Shown: one piece after another, positions 49,866 through 62,999 of the stretch | Layout: every line of letters starts with the position of its first letter | How positions within the stretch are numbered: position 1 is the stretch's first letter | Assembly: GCA_002269645.1 (NCBI GenBank) | Contig: NIVC01000364.1 | Coordinates: 558,001-622,000, forward strand | DNA length: 64,000 bases | Origin: Macrostomum lignano | Taxonomy: Eukaryota | Direction of reading: 5' to 3' | Translations under genes and position numbers: made by a program | Notes under the pieces: model-generated | The model's database searches: none | The model's input: only the letters and a program-made list of their open reading frames with translations | What the model was told of the DNA's origin: nothing

Positions 49866-50278
49866 CTTGATTTCCGAGGATTATCAAGATCAGCTCCTAT
49901 AGCTTCCATTCCCCCCCCTGTAGTTGGCCTGTGACTTTTGGTGTGCAGAAACGATCGATAAAACTTTGATGAGGCAGCACACACACACACTCAAGCAACA
50001 CACTCTGCCATGCAACCCAAAGGCTTCAATAAGTTTTTGTGAACTCGATAGCGCGTGTCAAGAGCCGGTGCGGATGTAATTAGTGACTGCCCAGGCTGCT
50101 CCGCTGTCCACTTGATTGTCTCTCCGAGTACGAGTGCCCCACCGCCGGCCGAAATGCGATCCCGGTTCCGCTCAGAGACAGGAACAGATGGCCACGACTG
50201 TCTTGGCAAACAGGAACAACAAGATGATGCTTTGAGTGAAGCTGACGGAGTTTGGGGCCTTAACAGTATTATACACTA
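49866..50278 (-). other. Candidate non-coding exon
   Basis: Acceptor TTCACCTACAG and donor AAG|GTGAGA exactly at the edge of the 49285-49862 array; no recognisable ORF. Confidence 0.25.
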
Positions 50279-50564
50279 CTGTAGGTGAAATTACCCGAGA
50301 CAATGCTAACCTTTGCCATTCATAGCCTGCCTGTTCCGTCACTGGTTGAGGCTTAACTTTTTAGGTTGAATCGACGGATGTCTTGAAATAATGCTTTTAA
50401 TAACTTATAGAGTTACATAAATATTATTAGATTAGTCATGCATTTGTGTGTCTCAAGAGCTTGGATCTCTTATCTTATCTTTTTATGTTTTATTCCACTC
50501 CATTTTTGCCTTTTTCAATATTTTCTCGCTCAAATCTCTGTTTTCTCGCCTTTACTCACTCCAC

Positions 50565-52275
50565 CCCCCTCTCTACTCTCCCCTCTCCCTACTCTCCCCC
50601 TCTCTCTACTCTCCACTTCTCTACTCTCCACCTCTCTCTACTCTCCACCTCTCTCTACTCTCCCCCTCTCTATTCTCCCCTCTCTCTACTCTCCACCTCT
50701 CTCTACTCTCCACCTCTTTCTACTCTCCACCTCTCTCTACTCTCCACCTCTCTCTACTCTCCACCTCTCTCTACTCTCCACTTCTCTACTCTCCACCTCT
50801 TTCTACTCTCCACCTCTCTCTACTCTCCACCTCTCTATTCTCCCCTCTCTCTACTCTCCACCTCTCTCTGCTCTCCACCTCTTTCTACTCTCCACCTCTC
50901 TCTACTCTCCACCTCTCTCTACTCTCCACCTCTCTCTGCTCTCCACCTCTTTCTACTCTCCACCTCTCTCTACTCTCCACCTCTCTCTACTCTCCACCTC
51001 TCTCTACTCTCCACCTCTCTACTCTCCCCCTCTCTCTACTCTCCACCTCTCTACTCTCCCCCTCTCTCTACTCTCCACCTCTCTTTACTCTCCACCTCTC
51101 TTACTCTCCACCTCTTTCTAGTCTCCACCTCTCTCTACTCTCCACCTCTCTGCTCTCCACCTCTCTGCTCTCCACCTCTCTGCTCTCCACCTCTCTGCTC
51201 TCCACCTCTCTGCTCTCCACCTCTCTGCTCTCCACCTCTCTGCTCTCCACCTCTCTGCTCTCCACCTCTCTCTACTCTCCACCTCTCTCTACTCTTCACC
51301 TCTCTCTACTCTCCCCCTCTCTCTACTCTCCACTTCTCTACTCTCCACCTCTCTACTCTCCCCTCTCTCTACTCTCCACTTCTCTACTCTCCCCTCTCTC
51401 TACTCTCCACCTCTCTACTCTCCCCCTCTCTCTACTCTTCACCTCTCTCTACTCTTCACCTCTCTCTACTCTCCCCCTCTCTCTACTCTTCACCTCTCTC
51501 TACTGTCCACCTCTTTCTACTCTCCACCTCTCTCTACTCTCCACCTCTCTCTACTCTCCACCTCTCTACTCTCCCCCTCTCTCTACTCTCCCCCTCTCTC
51601 TACTCTTCACCTCTCTCTACTCTCCCCCTCTCTACTCTCCACCTCTCTACTCTCCCCTCTCTCTACTCTCCACCTCTCTACTCTCCCCTCTCTCTACTCT
51701 CCACCTCTCTACTCTCCCCCTCTCTATACTCTCCACCTCTCTTTACTCTCCACCTCTCTTACTCTCCCCCTCTCTCTACTCTTCACCTCTCTCTACTCTC
51801 CCCCTCTCTCTACTCTCCACCTCTCTACTCTCCACCTCTCTCTACTCTCCACCTCTCTCTACTCTCCACCTCTCTACTCTCCCCCTCTCTCTACTCTCCA
51901 CTTCTCTACTCTCCCCCTCTCTCTACTCTCCACCTCTCTACTCTCCCCCTCTCTCTACTCTTCACCTCTCTCTACTCTCCCCCTCTCTCTACTCTCCACC
52001 TCTTTACTCTCCACCTCTCTCTACTCTCCACCTCTCTACTCTCCCCCTCTCTCTACTCTCCACCTCTCTTTACTCTCCACCTCTTTCTAGTCTCCACCTC
52101 TCTCTATTCTCCACCTTTCTGCTCTCCACCTCTCTGCTCTCCACCTCTCTGCTCTCCACCTCTCTACTCTCCACCTCTCTCTACTCTCCACCTCTCTCTA
52201 CTCTCCACCTCTCTCTACTCTCCACCTCTCTCTACTCTCCACTTCTCTATTCTCCACCTCTTTACTCTTCACCTC
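50565..52275. repeat. 17-19-bp CT-rich minisatellite
   Basis: CTCTACTCTCCACCTCT(CT). Confidence 0.97.
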
Positions 52276-52888
52276 TCGCACAGAGCGCACACATTAGTAC
52301 ATATAGCTCACTTTTTGAGCAGTTTCTGAGTAGATTTCGCTACTTTCTACACATTTACGTTTCAGTGCCCATTTGCCCCAGAGAATTTGGACAATATGTT
52401 CCAGCTCCAGTTATGAGAGATCTATTTAACAGTCTGCTGAATGCTAAATTTTTTTAAAAAGGCCCTAAAGGCCCCTCTCTCTTGTGTTCTCTGATTGTTG
52501 TGGAGGCCCTGCGCCTTGCCTGTCTGTGTGCACAGCCGAAATCCCTGGCCTCGGGGCGAATAGGCAGACAGACAGACAGAGAGACAGACAGACAAGCAGA
52601 CAGAGTGTCCACTAGCTGGGTGTTTGCCGGAGCCACTTAGCACCTCGGGCGGCGGATGCTGAGGATGAGGAACCGCTAGCGAGTTTCTCTTTTCAGTCCC
52701 CAGAAAACCGGGCGCCCAGCTTGAGTTTGCTCAGCTCCGGCGTGGGAGAATTTCCCCCAGATTGCTGTTCGGCTTTTAGCTCGAGTATTACTATGATGAA
52801 GGAGAGAGAAGATTCTGGGAGTTGGTAGGGAGGAGAGAAAGTGGCCAGAGGCTACTCAAAGAAAATGTGCAACCTGCTACTTACTCAC

Positions 52889-53039
52889 GGACAAACAGGG
52901 TGGTTGCGGTGGCTGCCAGCACTGAGCTGGGGGCTCCAATGGTTTGCTGTTTGCTCTGGCATCTGGCGCCGCAATAAGGGCGAGTATTGAGGGTTGCTAA
53001 GGCTGTCTGCGATGGCGAGCTGTGGGTCTGAGTGCGCGG
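52889..53039 (-). other. Candidate 151-nt exon of an unidentified transcript
   Basis: Pyrimidine tract plus TCTCTAG acceptor directly after a satellite, donor GTCC|GTGAGTAAGT. Two open frames, neither recognisable. Confidence 0.35.
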
Positions 53040-53079
53040 CTAGAGACGGCGAGACGGGGATGAAGGAGGGAGATTTAGA

Positions 53080-54565
53080 GGTAAAATTGACTGAGATAGA
53101 GAAGTGAGATGGAGTGAGATACAGAGGTGGGATGGAGTGAGATACAGAGGTGACATGGAGTGAGATAGAGAGGTGGGATGGAGTGAGATAGAGAGGTGAG
53201 ACTGAGTGAGATACAGAGGTGAGATGGAGTGAGATACAGAGGTGAGATGGAGTGAGATACAGAGGTGAGATGGAGTGAGATACAGAGGTGAGATGGAGTG
53301 AGATAGAGAGGTGGGATGGAGTGAGATAGAGAGGTGAATTGGAGTGAGATACAGAGGTGGGATGGAGTGAGATAGAGAGGTGGATTGGAGTGAGATAGAG
53401 AGGTGAGATGAAGTGAGATAGAGAGGTGAGATGGAGTGAGATACAGAGGTGAGATGCACAGAGGGGGAGTTGAGAATGGAGTGAGATAGAGAGGTGAGCT
53501 GAAGTGAGATAGAGAGGTGAGATGGAGTGAGATAGAGAGGTGAGCTGCACAGAGGGGGAGTTGAGAATGGTGTGAGATAGAGAGGTGAGATGGAGTGAGA
53601 TACAGAGGTGAGATGCACAGAGGGGGAGTTGAGAATGGAGTGAGATAGAGAGGTGAGCTGAAGTGAGATAGAGAGGTGAGATCGAGTGAGATCGAGAGGT
53701 GAGCTGCACAGAGGGGGAGTTGAGAATAGAGTGAGATAGAGAGGTGAGATGCACAGAGGGGGAGTTGAGAATGGTGTGAGATAGAGAGGTGAGATGGAGT
53801 GAGATCGAGAGGTGAGATGCACAGAGGGGGAGTTGAGAATGGAGTGAGATAGAGAGGTGAGCTGAAGTGAGATAGAGAGGTGAGATCGAGTGAGATCGAG
53901 AGGTGAGCTGCACAGAGGGGGAGTTGAGAATAGAGTGAGATAGAGAGGTGAGATGCACAGAGGGGGAGTTAAGAATGGTGTGAGATAGAGAGGTGAGCTG
54001 CACAGAGGGGGAGTTGAGATGGTGTGAGATAGAGAGGTGAGCTGCACAGAGGGGGAGTTAAGAATGGTGTGAGATAGAGAGGTGAGATACACAAAGGGGG
54101 AGTTGAGAATAGAATGAGATAGAGAGGTGAGATGCACAGAGGGGGAGTTGAGAATGGTGTGAGATAGAGAGGTGAGATGCACAGAGGAGGAGTTAAGAAT
54201 GGTGTGAGATAGAGAGGTGAGATACACAGAGGAGGAGTTGAGAATAGAATGAGATAGAGAGGTGAGATGCACAGAGGGGGAGTTGAGAATGGAGTGAGAT
54301 AGAGAGGTGAGATGCACAGAGGGGGAGTTGAGAATGGAGTGAGATAGAGAGGTGAGATGCACAGAGGAGGAGTTGAGATGGAGTGAGATAGAGAGGTGAG
54401 ATGCACAGAGGGGGAGTTGAGAATGGAGTGAGATAGAGAGGTGAGATGCACAGAGGGGGAGTTGAGAATGGAGTGAGATAGAGAGGTGAGATACACAGAG
54501 GGGGAGTTGAGAATAGAGTGAGATAGAGAGGTGAGATGCACAGAGGGGGAGTTGAGAATGGTGTG
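53080..54565. repeat. GA-rich minisatellite, 23-bp and ~44-bp units
   Basis: GAGATAGAGAGGTGAGATGGAGT and GAGATAGAGAGGTGAGATGCACAGAGGGGGAGTTGAGAATGGAGT. Confidence 0.95.
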
Positions 54566-55154
54566 CATACAGAGACTGAGATTGTGAAAGCGAAGGCCAT
54601 AGGTGCAATATTCAATATCTCGATGCCGCTATGCCAAGGCTGTTGTGGCCCAGCGCAACTCAAGTTCAAACAGTAATTAGGCCGTTGGCTTATCAGTATA
54701 TTTAGATTTTCAAATCTCAAACACTGCAGAGAATCAGACAGACCTGTCATCAGTTCCCAGCAGTCCGCCGCATGTCCCATCAGGGGATTGTGGGAATTTT
54801 TAATCCTCTTTCCGCCCGTCCCCATCCCCCATTACAATCTTGGCCGTCATTATGTCCCAAACGGCATAAGGCTAATTGTCCCTTCTGTGCGTTGGCCGGA
54901 GTTTCATATCGCAATCAAGCATTTGGTCAGGCCGGCAGTCGTTATAAATCTCTGTGGGACAAGTGGGAGGAGCATCTCGTCACGCCGCGGCTGAAGGTGG
55001 GTGGACAGCATGGGGAGAGCTCTCCCAAGGTTTAGGGAGCTCATGATTTGCAGATATGCATCAGATCTATTTCGCAAGGTATCCGCTGACAGACCTATAG
55101 AGCGTTCCCCTTTGCATGCATTGTCGATGATAAATTTAAGGTAGATTTCACTAC

Positions 55155-56960
55155 TCGAGTCTCTCCATGATCAGTCTCCCCCTTCTCCTGAGTCTCTCCA
55201 GATCAATCTCACCCTTCTCCTGAGTCTCTCCAGATCAATCTCACCCTTCTCCTGAGTCTCTCCATGATCAATCTCACCCTTCTCCTGAGTCTCTCCAGAT
55301 CAATCTCGCCCTTCTCCTGAGTCTCTCCAGATCAATCTCACCCTTCTCCTGAGTCTCTCCAGATCAATCTCACCCTTCTCCTGAGTCTCTCCATGATCAA
55401 TCTCACCCTTCTCCTGAGTCTCTCCAGATCAATCTCACCCTTCTCCTGAGCCTCTCCAGATCAATCTCACCCTTCTCCTGAGTCTCTCCATGATCAATCT
55501 CACCCTTCTCCTGAGTCTCTCCAGATCAATCTCACCCTTCTCCTGAGTCTCTCCAGATCAATCTCAACCTTCTCCTGAGTCTCTCCATGATCAATCTCAC
55601 CCTTCTCCTGAGTCTCTCCATGATCAATCTCACCCTTCTCCTGAGTCTCTCCATGATCAATCTCCCCCTTCTCCTGAGTCTCTCCAGATCAATCTCACCC
55701 TTCTCCTGAGTCTCTCCATGATCAATCTCACCCTTCTCCTGAGTCTCTCCATGATCAATCTCACCCTTCTCCTGAGTCTCTCCAGATCAATCTCCCCCTT
55801 CTCCTGAGTATCTCCATGATCAACTCGCCCTTCTCCCGAGCCTCTCCATGATCAATCTCGCCCTTCTCCCAAGTCTCTCCATGATCAATCTCGCCCTTCT
55901 CCCGAGTATCTCCATGATCAATCTCGCCCTTCTCCCAAGTCTCTCCATGATCAATCTCGCCCTTCTCTCGAGTATCTCCATGATCAATCTCGCCCTTCTC
56001 CCGAGTATCTCCATGATCAATCTCGCCCTTCTCCCAAGTCTCTCCATGATCAATCTCGCCCTTCTCCCGAGTATCTCCATGATCAATCTCGCCCTTCTCC
56101 CAAGTCTCTCCATGATCAATCTCGCCCTTCTCCCGAGTATCTCCATGATCAATCTCACCCTTCTCCCGAGTATCTCCATGATCAATCTTGCCCTTCTCCC
56201 AAGTCTCTCCATGATCAATCTCGCCCTTCTCCCGAGTCTCTCCATGATCAATCTCGCCCTTCTCCCGAGTCTCTCCATGATCAATCTCGCCCTTCTCCCG
56301 AGTATCTCCATGATCAATCTCGCCCTTCTCCCGAGTATCTCCATGATCAATCTCGCCCTTCTCCCGAGTATCTCCATGATCAATCTCGCCCTTCTCCCGA
56401 GTCTCTCCATGATCAATCTCGCCATGATCAATCTCGCCCTTCTCCCGAGTCTCTCCATGATCAATCTCGCCATGATCAATCTCGCCCTTCTCCCGAGTCT
56501 CTCCATGATCAATCTCGCCATGATCAATCTCGCCCTTCTCCCGAGTATCTCCATGATCAATCTCGCCCTTCTCCCGGGTATCTCCATGATCAATCTCGCC
56601 CTTCTCCCAAGTCTCTCCAATCTCACCCTTAGGCCCTCAGCCCTAAATCTCTCCAGATCAGTCTCACCCTCAGACCTCCCCTAAATCTCTCCAGATCAGT
56701 CTCACCCTCAGACCTCCCCTAAATCTCTCCAGATCAATCTCACCCTCAGACCTCCCCTAATCTCTCCAGATCAGTCTCACCCTCAGACCTCCCCTAAATC
56801 TCTCCAGATCAATCTCACCCTCAGACCTCCCCTAAATCTCTCCAGATCAGTCTCACCCTCAGACCTCCCCTAAATCTCTCCAGATCAATCTCACCCTCAG
56901 ACCTCCCCTAAATCTCTCCAGATCAGTCTCACCCTCAGACCTCCCCTAAATCTCTCCAGA
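55155..56960. repeat. Compound minisatellite: 32-33-bp units to ~56625, then 38-bp units
   Basis: CTCCATGATCAATCTCGCCCTTCTCCCGAGTAT, then CTCTCCAGATCAGTCTCACCCTCAGACCTCCCCTAAAT. Confidence 0.96.
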
Positions 56961-57679
56961 TCGTAAACACTGAGTCGGTGGATCACGTGATTATTATTGT
57001 TGACTCAATATTGCAATTCACCTGAATCACCCCCATGGTTATGGGATCATTTTTTGCAAAACTCAAACAAAAGAAACTCGGCATGATTCCCAAATGTCGC
57101 CGCAGTCTTGGATACCGCGTGGGTCGCACAGCAGGACCGGATGATGATAAAGTGCAAATTGCAGGCCAAGCTCTTGGAGGCTACCAACTATCTAATAGAG
57201 TCTGAGATATGGTGCTCTCTGGGCCGTGAAAATGGGAAATATTCTTGTTGGCATGCGGAGCGCACAAAATGGGGAGTTGAAAGACCCGGATACTCCCCAG
57301 TGTCCTGTGACTTCTTCCTCAGATCTACAGGAGATAATTGCTCACAGATGTTGACCCCTTCAATCTGCAATTTAATACTCAAAGTTGATGAGGCGAGGGG
57401 TCATTATAAAGCAGAGGAAAGTGAGACTCCTTGATCCTGAGCACCCAAACAAGTATTAAATATTGCCGGTCAGTATCCAAGTCTTTTTGAGTCCAATATA
57501 ATCGACCTGTCCATCAAAGGTCGCAGCGGGATTTCGCAACCTAAACAGGACCGAGAAGCCAGGCGAGCTGGGAGTCTTTATTCGGTGCACCGGGGGTTTG
57601 TGCAGCCTGCAGCTTGCCGGCAACAGGCGAGGGGCTCGCTGAGACTCATCGACCGAAAGGGAGGCCTGGAGGAAGAGAT

Positions 57680-59030
57680 GAGAAAGAGGGGTAGAGAGCG
57701 ATAAGAGAGAGGGGTATGAGAGCGATAAGAGAGAGAAGTAGAGAGCGATAAGAGAGAGGGGTAGAGAGCGATAAGAGAGAGGGATAGAGAGCGATAAGAG
57801 AGAGGGGTATGAGAGCGATAAGAGAGAGGGGTAGAGAGCGATAAGAGAGAGGGGTATGAGAGCGATAAGCGAGAGGGATAGAGAGCGATAAGAGAGAGGG
57901 GTAGAGAGCGATAAGAGAGAGTGGTAGAGAGCGATAAGAGAGAGGGGTAGAGAGCGATAAGAGAGAGGGGTAGAGAGCGATAAGAGAGAGGGGTAGAGAG
58001 CAATAAGAGAGAGAGGGGTATGAGAGCGATAAGCGAGAGGGATAGAGAGCGATAAGAGAGAGGGGTAGAGAGCGATAAGAGAGAGGGGTAGAGAGCGATA
58101 AGAGAGAGGGGGTAGAGAGCGATAAGAGAGAAGGGTAGAGAGCGATAAGAGAGAAGTAGAGAGCGATAAGAGAGAGGGGTATGAGAGCGATAAGAGAGAG
58201 GGGTAGAGAGCGATAAGAGAGAGGGGTAGAGAACGATAAGAGAGAGGGGTAGAGAGCGATAAGAGAGAGGGGTAGAGAGCGATAAGAGAGAGGGGTAGAG
58301 AGCGATAAGAGAGAGGGTAGAGAGCGATAAGAGAGAGGGGTAGAGAGCGATAAGAGAGAGGGGTAGAGAGCGATAAGAGAGAGGGGTAGAGAGCGATAAG
58401 AGAGAGGGGTAGAGAGCGATAAGAGAGAGGGATAGAGAGCGATAAGAGAGAGGGGTAGAGAGCGATAAGAGAGAGGGGTAGAGAGCAATAAGAGAGAGAG
58501 GGGTATGAGAGCGATAAGCGAGAGGGATAGAGAGCGATAAGAGAGAGGGGTAGAGAGCGATAAGAGAGAGGGGTAGAGAGCGATAAGAGAGAGTGGTAGA
58601 GAGCGATAAGAGAGAGGGATAGAGAGCGATAAGAGAGAGGGGTAGAGAGCAATAAGAGAGAGAGGGGTATGAGAGCGATAAGCGAGAGGGATAGAGAGCG
58701 ATAAGAGAGAGGGGTAGAGAGCGATAAGAGAGAGGGGTAGAGAGCGATAAGAGAGAGGGGTAGAGAGCAATAAGAGAGAGAGGGATAGAGAGCGATAAGC
58801 GAGAGGGATAGAGAGCGATAAGAGAGAGGGGTAGAGAGCGATAAGAGAGAGTGGTAGAGAGCGATAAGAGAGAGGGGTAGAGAGCGATAAGAGAGAGGAG
58901 TAGAGAGCAATAAGAGAGAGAGAGGGATAGAGAGCGATAAGCGAGAGGGATAGAGAGCGATAAGAGAGAGGGGTAGAGAGCGATAAGAGAGAGGGGTAGA
59001 GAGCGATAAGAGTCAAGAGAGAGGGGTACA
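57680..59030. repeat. 23-bp GA-rich minisatellite
   Basis: GAGAGCGATAAGAGAGAGGGGTA. Confidence 0.97.
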
Positions 59031-59789
59031 GACAGGGTACAGCGCGTCTCATACTAAAGAACTATAGCCCGCAATATCATGCAGAAACAGGATAATGTCA
59101 AAGGAGACTTAAAAACCAGAGCAGCAAAAGGGAATTAATTTGCAGAGTAGAGTTCTTGCTCAGTTTATATAATACTATTCAAAGTTGGACAATCAAATTC
59201 TAGGACATGGCATGAAAATCTTCCGTGAGCTCCTATATATGAACACAACGGTGTATAATATTATAGTTGTCACACCTGCTCCGCATGCAAGTATCAGCAT
59301 TCATATTGGGCCAAACAAACAGTAGGCGACAATAGACTTCGCTTTCTGCACCAATTATACTAATTATAGAATTGAATATTAAACATAACACCTATACATG
59401 TACGCTCGTATTAGTTCCATTGTTAATTGTTTGATTGCATAATTCGTCAATGCTGAACATTCATAGAATACGAGCGTACTTGTATAGGAGATTCATTATG
59501 CATAAATTGTCGTGTTTAGATTACTGTAAAACTATAATTACTATTGTTCCTCTTTTGACAATTGATCTGATGCAGCACAGGTGTTGATTGGATGAAGGTT
59601 TTGGCTGGTATAAAATAATTCAGCATTTATATGTATACAACTGCAAGCTGTGGTCACCTCAAATTTTTCATGGCGTGAATTTGCTCAGCATGTTTCTGAA
59701 CTAATTTAGAGCATTGTTTGTTTTTATATATTGTTAAACTTTACTATTATGTGCTTTGCTGTTTTGGGGGGTTGAGGTACGCTGCTTTG

Positions 59790-60345
59790 AGGGCGCCGTT
59801 CTGGAGGTGCAGTTCTGAGGTTTTGGGGGCTTCGTTTTGGGGCGCCGTTTTGGAGGCGCCATTTTTGGGGCGCCTTTTTTGAGGCGCCGTTTTGGAGGCG
59901 CCGTTTTGGTGGCGCCATTTTGGAGTCGCCGTCTTGGAGGCGCTGTTCTGGGGCGCCGATTTGGAGGCGCTGTTCTGGGGCGCCGTTTTGGAGGCGCCGT
60001 TTTGGAAGTGCCGTTCTAGCGGCGCCGTTTTAGAGTCGTCGTTTTGGGGGCGCCGTTTTAGAGTCGTCGTTTTGGGGGCGCCGTTTTAGAGGCACCGTTT
60101 TGGGGGCGCCGTTCGGAGACGCCATTTTTAAGGCGCCGTTTTGGAGGCGTAGTTTTTTGGGCCGTTTTGGAGGCGTAGTTTTTTGGGCTCCGTTTTGGAG
60201 GCGCCGTTCTGGGACGCCGTTTTGGAGGCGCCATTTTTGGGGCGCCTTTTTTGAGGCGCCGTTTTGGAGGCGTCGTTTTTTGGGGCGCCTTTTTTGAGGC
60301 GCCGTTTTGGAGGCGCCGTTTTGGTGGCGCTGCTCTGCGGGCGCT
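59790..60345. repeat. Degenerate ~14-bp GGCGCC-core repeat
   Basis: GGCGCCGTTTTGGA variants. Confidence 0.9.
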
Positions 60346-60430
60346 GTTCTGTTTGGGGTTACTTTGTGGAATCGAACCTGGGACTTTAATCGGTGGCGCG
60401 AGAATTGTTCTGTTAATCAGTTCCTCGCTC
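60345..60430 (-). mobile_element. Possible degraded tRNA-derived SINE head
   Basis: Reverse strand reads GTCCCAGGTTCGATTCC, a Pol III B-box (60368-60378). No convincing A-box or cloverleaf. Confidence 0.3.
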
Positions 60431-60899
60431 TTTCATTTTGTATCCAAGCAGAACGCAGCATCTTTTTGAGCAAGTTAAGATGAAGCCCCAATAGGAAGGC
60501 GGGATATGTGTAACATGCACTTTGAACTTTTGCTTCAACCGAAAGTTGAAACCTTAAAGGTTCTTTACAAACTATATTTAGTACACATTATACTGATTGT
60601 AAGCACGCGCTAATGGTTCATCATCTTGAGCTTTTTTGATCATTCTGCCATATTTTTTAGTTCTTTTTTCTCAATCCTCCTCTGAGAATCGAGTACTCAT
60701 TTCTCATGGGAATTTCTTAGAAAGTCTTCACAGACAGAGGGCTGCTTGGGTGGAGCAGAACCTGCTGAGGGGAGCAGACAGAGGCTGGCTGCCCTGCCAG
60801 CCAACCAGACTAGCCCTGCTCCCTCAGCCAAGGCTCCTCATTGGCTGAGCTCTGAGCGATGGAGCCTCACAGCCGCCCCTAACACCTTTCCTCACAGAA

Positions 60900-61188
60900 G
60901 GAACAGCGCCCACTGGTCCGCACCGCGACCCCCGCTCCTCCCCGCCTCTCGCCTCCTCTTGTGCCTACACAAAATCCCCACTTAATCCTCTCCTCGCTTC
61001 TTCGACAGGAAGACAGGAAAACACAAATCATTTTTATCTGGCATTTCTCCTCGGCCAACTCTGCCGCAGTCCGTCAGTCCAGCCTTCAGCTCCCCATCAG
61101 TCTAATTCATTATCCTCCGATCCGCCTTACCTGAGCTGCTCGCATCCCCTGTTTATCAGCTCGGACTCCGCCTGCCGCACACGCCAAG
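60900..61188 (+). other. Probable non-coding 5' exon of the 62558 gene
   Basis: Strong donor CAAG|GTAAGC at 61189; upstream region has an ATTGG (reverse CCAAT) at 60840; no long ORF. The start coordinate is approximate. Confidence 0.35.
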
Positions 61189-62382
61189 GTAAGCCTGCTA
61201 ATCCTCAGGGCTCGCCGCAGTAGCTGTTTAGAAATTTTCCCCTTCACAATGCGAGGATAATCCGGCCTGCAAGCTGGATTATAATCCCCCCGCTGGCACC
61301 CACCCCCCCCCGAATCAGCTGAGCTGCAAATGAGGAAGCAGATTTCTTCCTCAGATATGCCCGTCCGTACCTCTCTGCTGTGCTCAGAGACAATAAGGAT
61401 AAATTATTATCGCTAGGCTTGGTTAGGTGAAGATTTCTCAATCCGACTAGAGACTGGTCTTAGCTGCTCACAATTCATGAGCTGTTGTAGTTGTGTGCTC
61501 AATAAGGGTCTGAGGGGGGACACGGGGATTTGTGACCGATTAGGGGCCAGAAGATTAGCACTGCTTGAGCCCCAGCTCAAAGGCCTTCAGGATTGGGGTG
61601 GGTAGGTGAGGAGTAAGCCAAGGCCCTGCATGGGTTTTATATAAATATCCGAAGAAGCTGGGGATGCAGGGAGAGATGGAGCTATAGTTGCTCAGCATTC
61701 AGAACAGAGGCGAGTCTTGCTCCAAGTCTATGTTAAACGGCTGCGATAAAATGATAGCCAGATTCAACAGTCGGTGAGTCCTCGTGAGCACAGCTGCATT
61801 AAGACATTGCAATCTCTTTTACAAGCGTAGGTATCAGAGTTAGGAAATTTCAGAAACTTTCGAAATTTCTCGTCTCCCCAGAAAGTTTCCATGCCCAGCG
61901 CCTCTCGCCATGCAGGTTTTTCATCTTTAGCAACTCGACTGATACTCGATAGCCAGCAACTCCCAGAGGGAAGTCTCATTCCCCCCCAGCTCATGCCTCG
62001 GGTCTCGAGCTCGATGGGGAATTGTCGGCATATAACAGCAGCTAAAATGCATGGTGTATGGGCGAAAATGGCGATGGGCGAGGAGGCGGCGAGCTCTGGA
62101 ACCGGGCAAGCAGGGGGAAACGACAAGGGCGAGGGCGAGGCAAAGGCGAGGCTTGGGGAGACAGACAAGGCACGCATTTTTCATCAACTTGTATCGGGAG
62201 ACGGGGTGAATTATTTGGGTAGGAGAAAGGGGATTAAGAGGAGCCGGGAGGGGATTAGCAAGCATGCAGGATTGGGATCTTCTTTAGCAGAGGAGAAGGG
62301 CGAAGCCATGCCATTTTCTTTCTTCGAAGCAGTTTGCTCAAATGAATCGGAAGTTGCTATACTGAGCATTAACAACGGCTTA

Positions 62383-62523
62383 GCAACAGCATAGCAACAG
62401 CATAGTTACAGCATAGTTACAGCATAGCAACAGCATAGCAACAGCATAGCAACAGCATAGCAGCAGCATAGCAGCAGCATAGCAACAGCATAGTAACAGC
62501 ATAGCAACAGCATAGCGACAGCA
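62383..62523. repeat. 11-bp minisatellite just upstream of the 62554 acceptor
   Basis: CAGCATAGCAA. Confidence 0.95.
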
Positions 62524-62557
62524 AATCATTCGTGCTCCCTAAACCTTTCTACAGGAA

Positions 62558-62927
62558 ATGGACTGGAACACAGCCTACCAGACTCAGACTCATCAGCAGC
62601 AGGCTCAGCTTCATCATCACCACCACCAGCACCATCATAGTTTGGTTGGCCAGACTCAGTTTAGCTACCCGATGCCCGACATGTCGAGCAGCGTCGGAGG
62701 CGGCATGTTCGGCTGCGGCAACGACAGCGACTTGACTGTCGGTCTCGGCGGCGGCTCAGCTATCGGCGGATTTTCCACCGGAGCCACCTGCGGCTCTGGC
62801 GGCAGCGCCGGCGGCGGCGGTAGAGGCGACGGAATGCCTCTGCAGACAGCGGCGGCGGCGGCGGCGGCGGCGGCCCAAGCGCATCACGAGATGCTGCAGC
62901 ACCATCCGGCACTGTCTGCCTATGCAA
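62558..62927 (+). CDS. First coding exon of a His/Gln/Gly/Ala-rich protein, probably a transcription factor; 3'-partial
   Basis: TTTCTACAG acceptor at 62554, ATG at 62558, MDWNTAYQ..HHHHHQHHH..poly-G..poly-A, donor A|GTGAGT at 62928. No DNA-binding domain lies within the window, so the product call rests on composition only. Confidence 0.65.
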
Positions 62928-62999
62928 GTGAGTTTGAAACAAGGGAAATAGGAGCCTAATAATATAGATTCGAGAGTTTTGGCGGTTGGTGCGGCCAGT

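Noticed and set aside
54574-54595. TGAGATTGTGAAAGC resembling the bantam miRNA
   Set aside because: The seed is broken (GAGATT rather than GAGATC) and I see no hairpin partner.
57108-57434. 108-aa ORF with PGYSPVSCDFFL, faintly like the mariner YSPDLAPSDF motif
   Set aside because: No other transposase motif or TIR nearby; similarity too short to support.
50438-59052. 460-670 aa Leu/Ser/Pro-rich ORFs
   Set aside because: CT- and GA-rich satellites are open in multiple frames.
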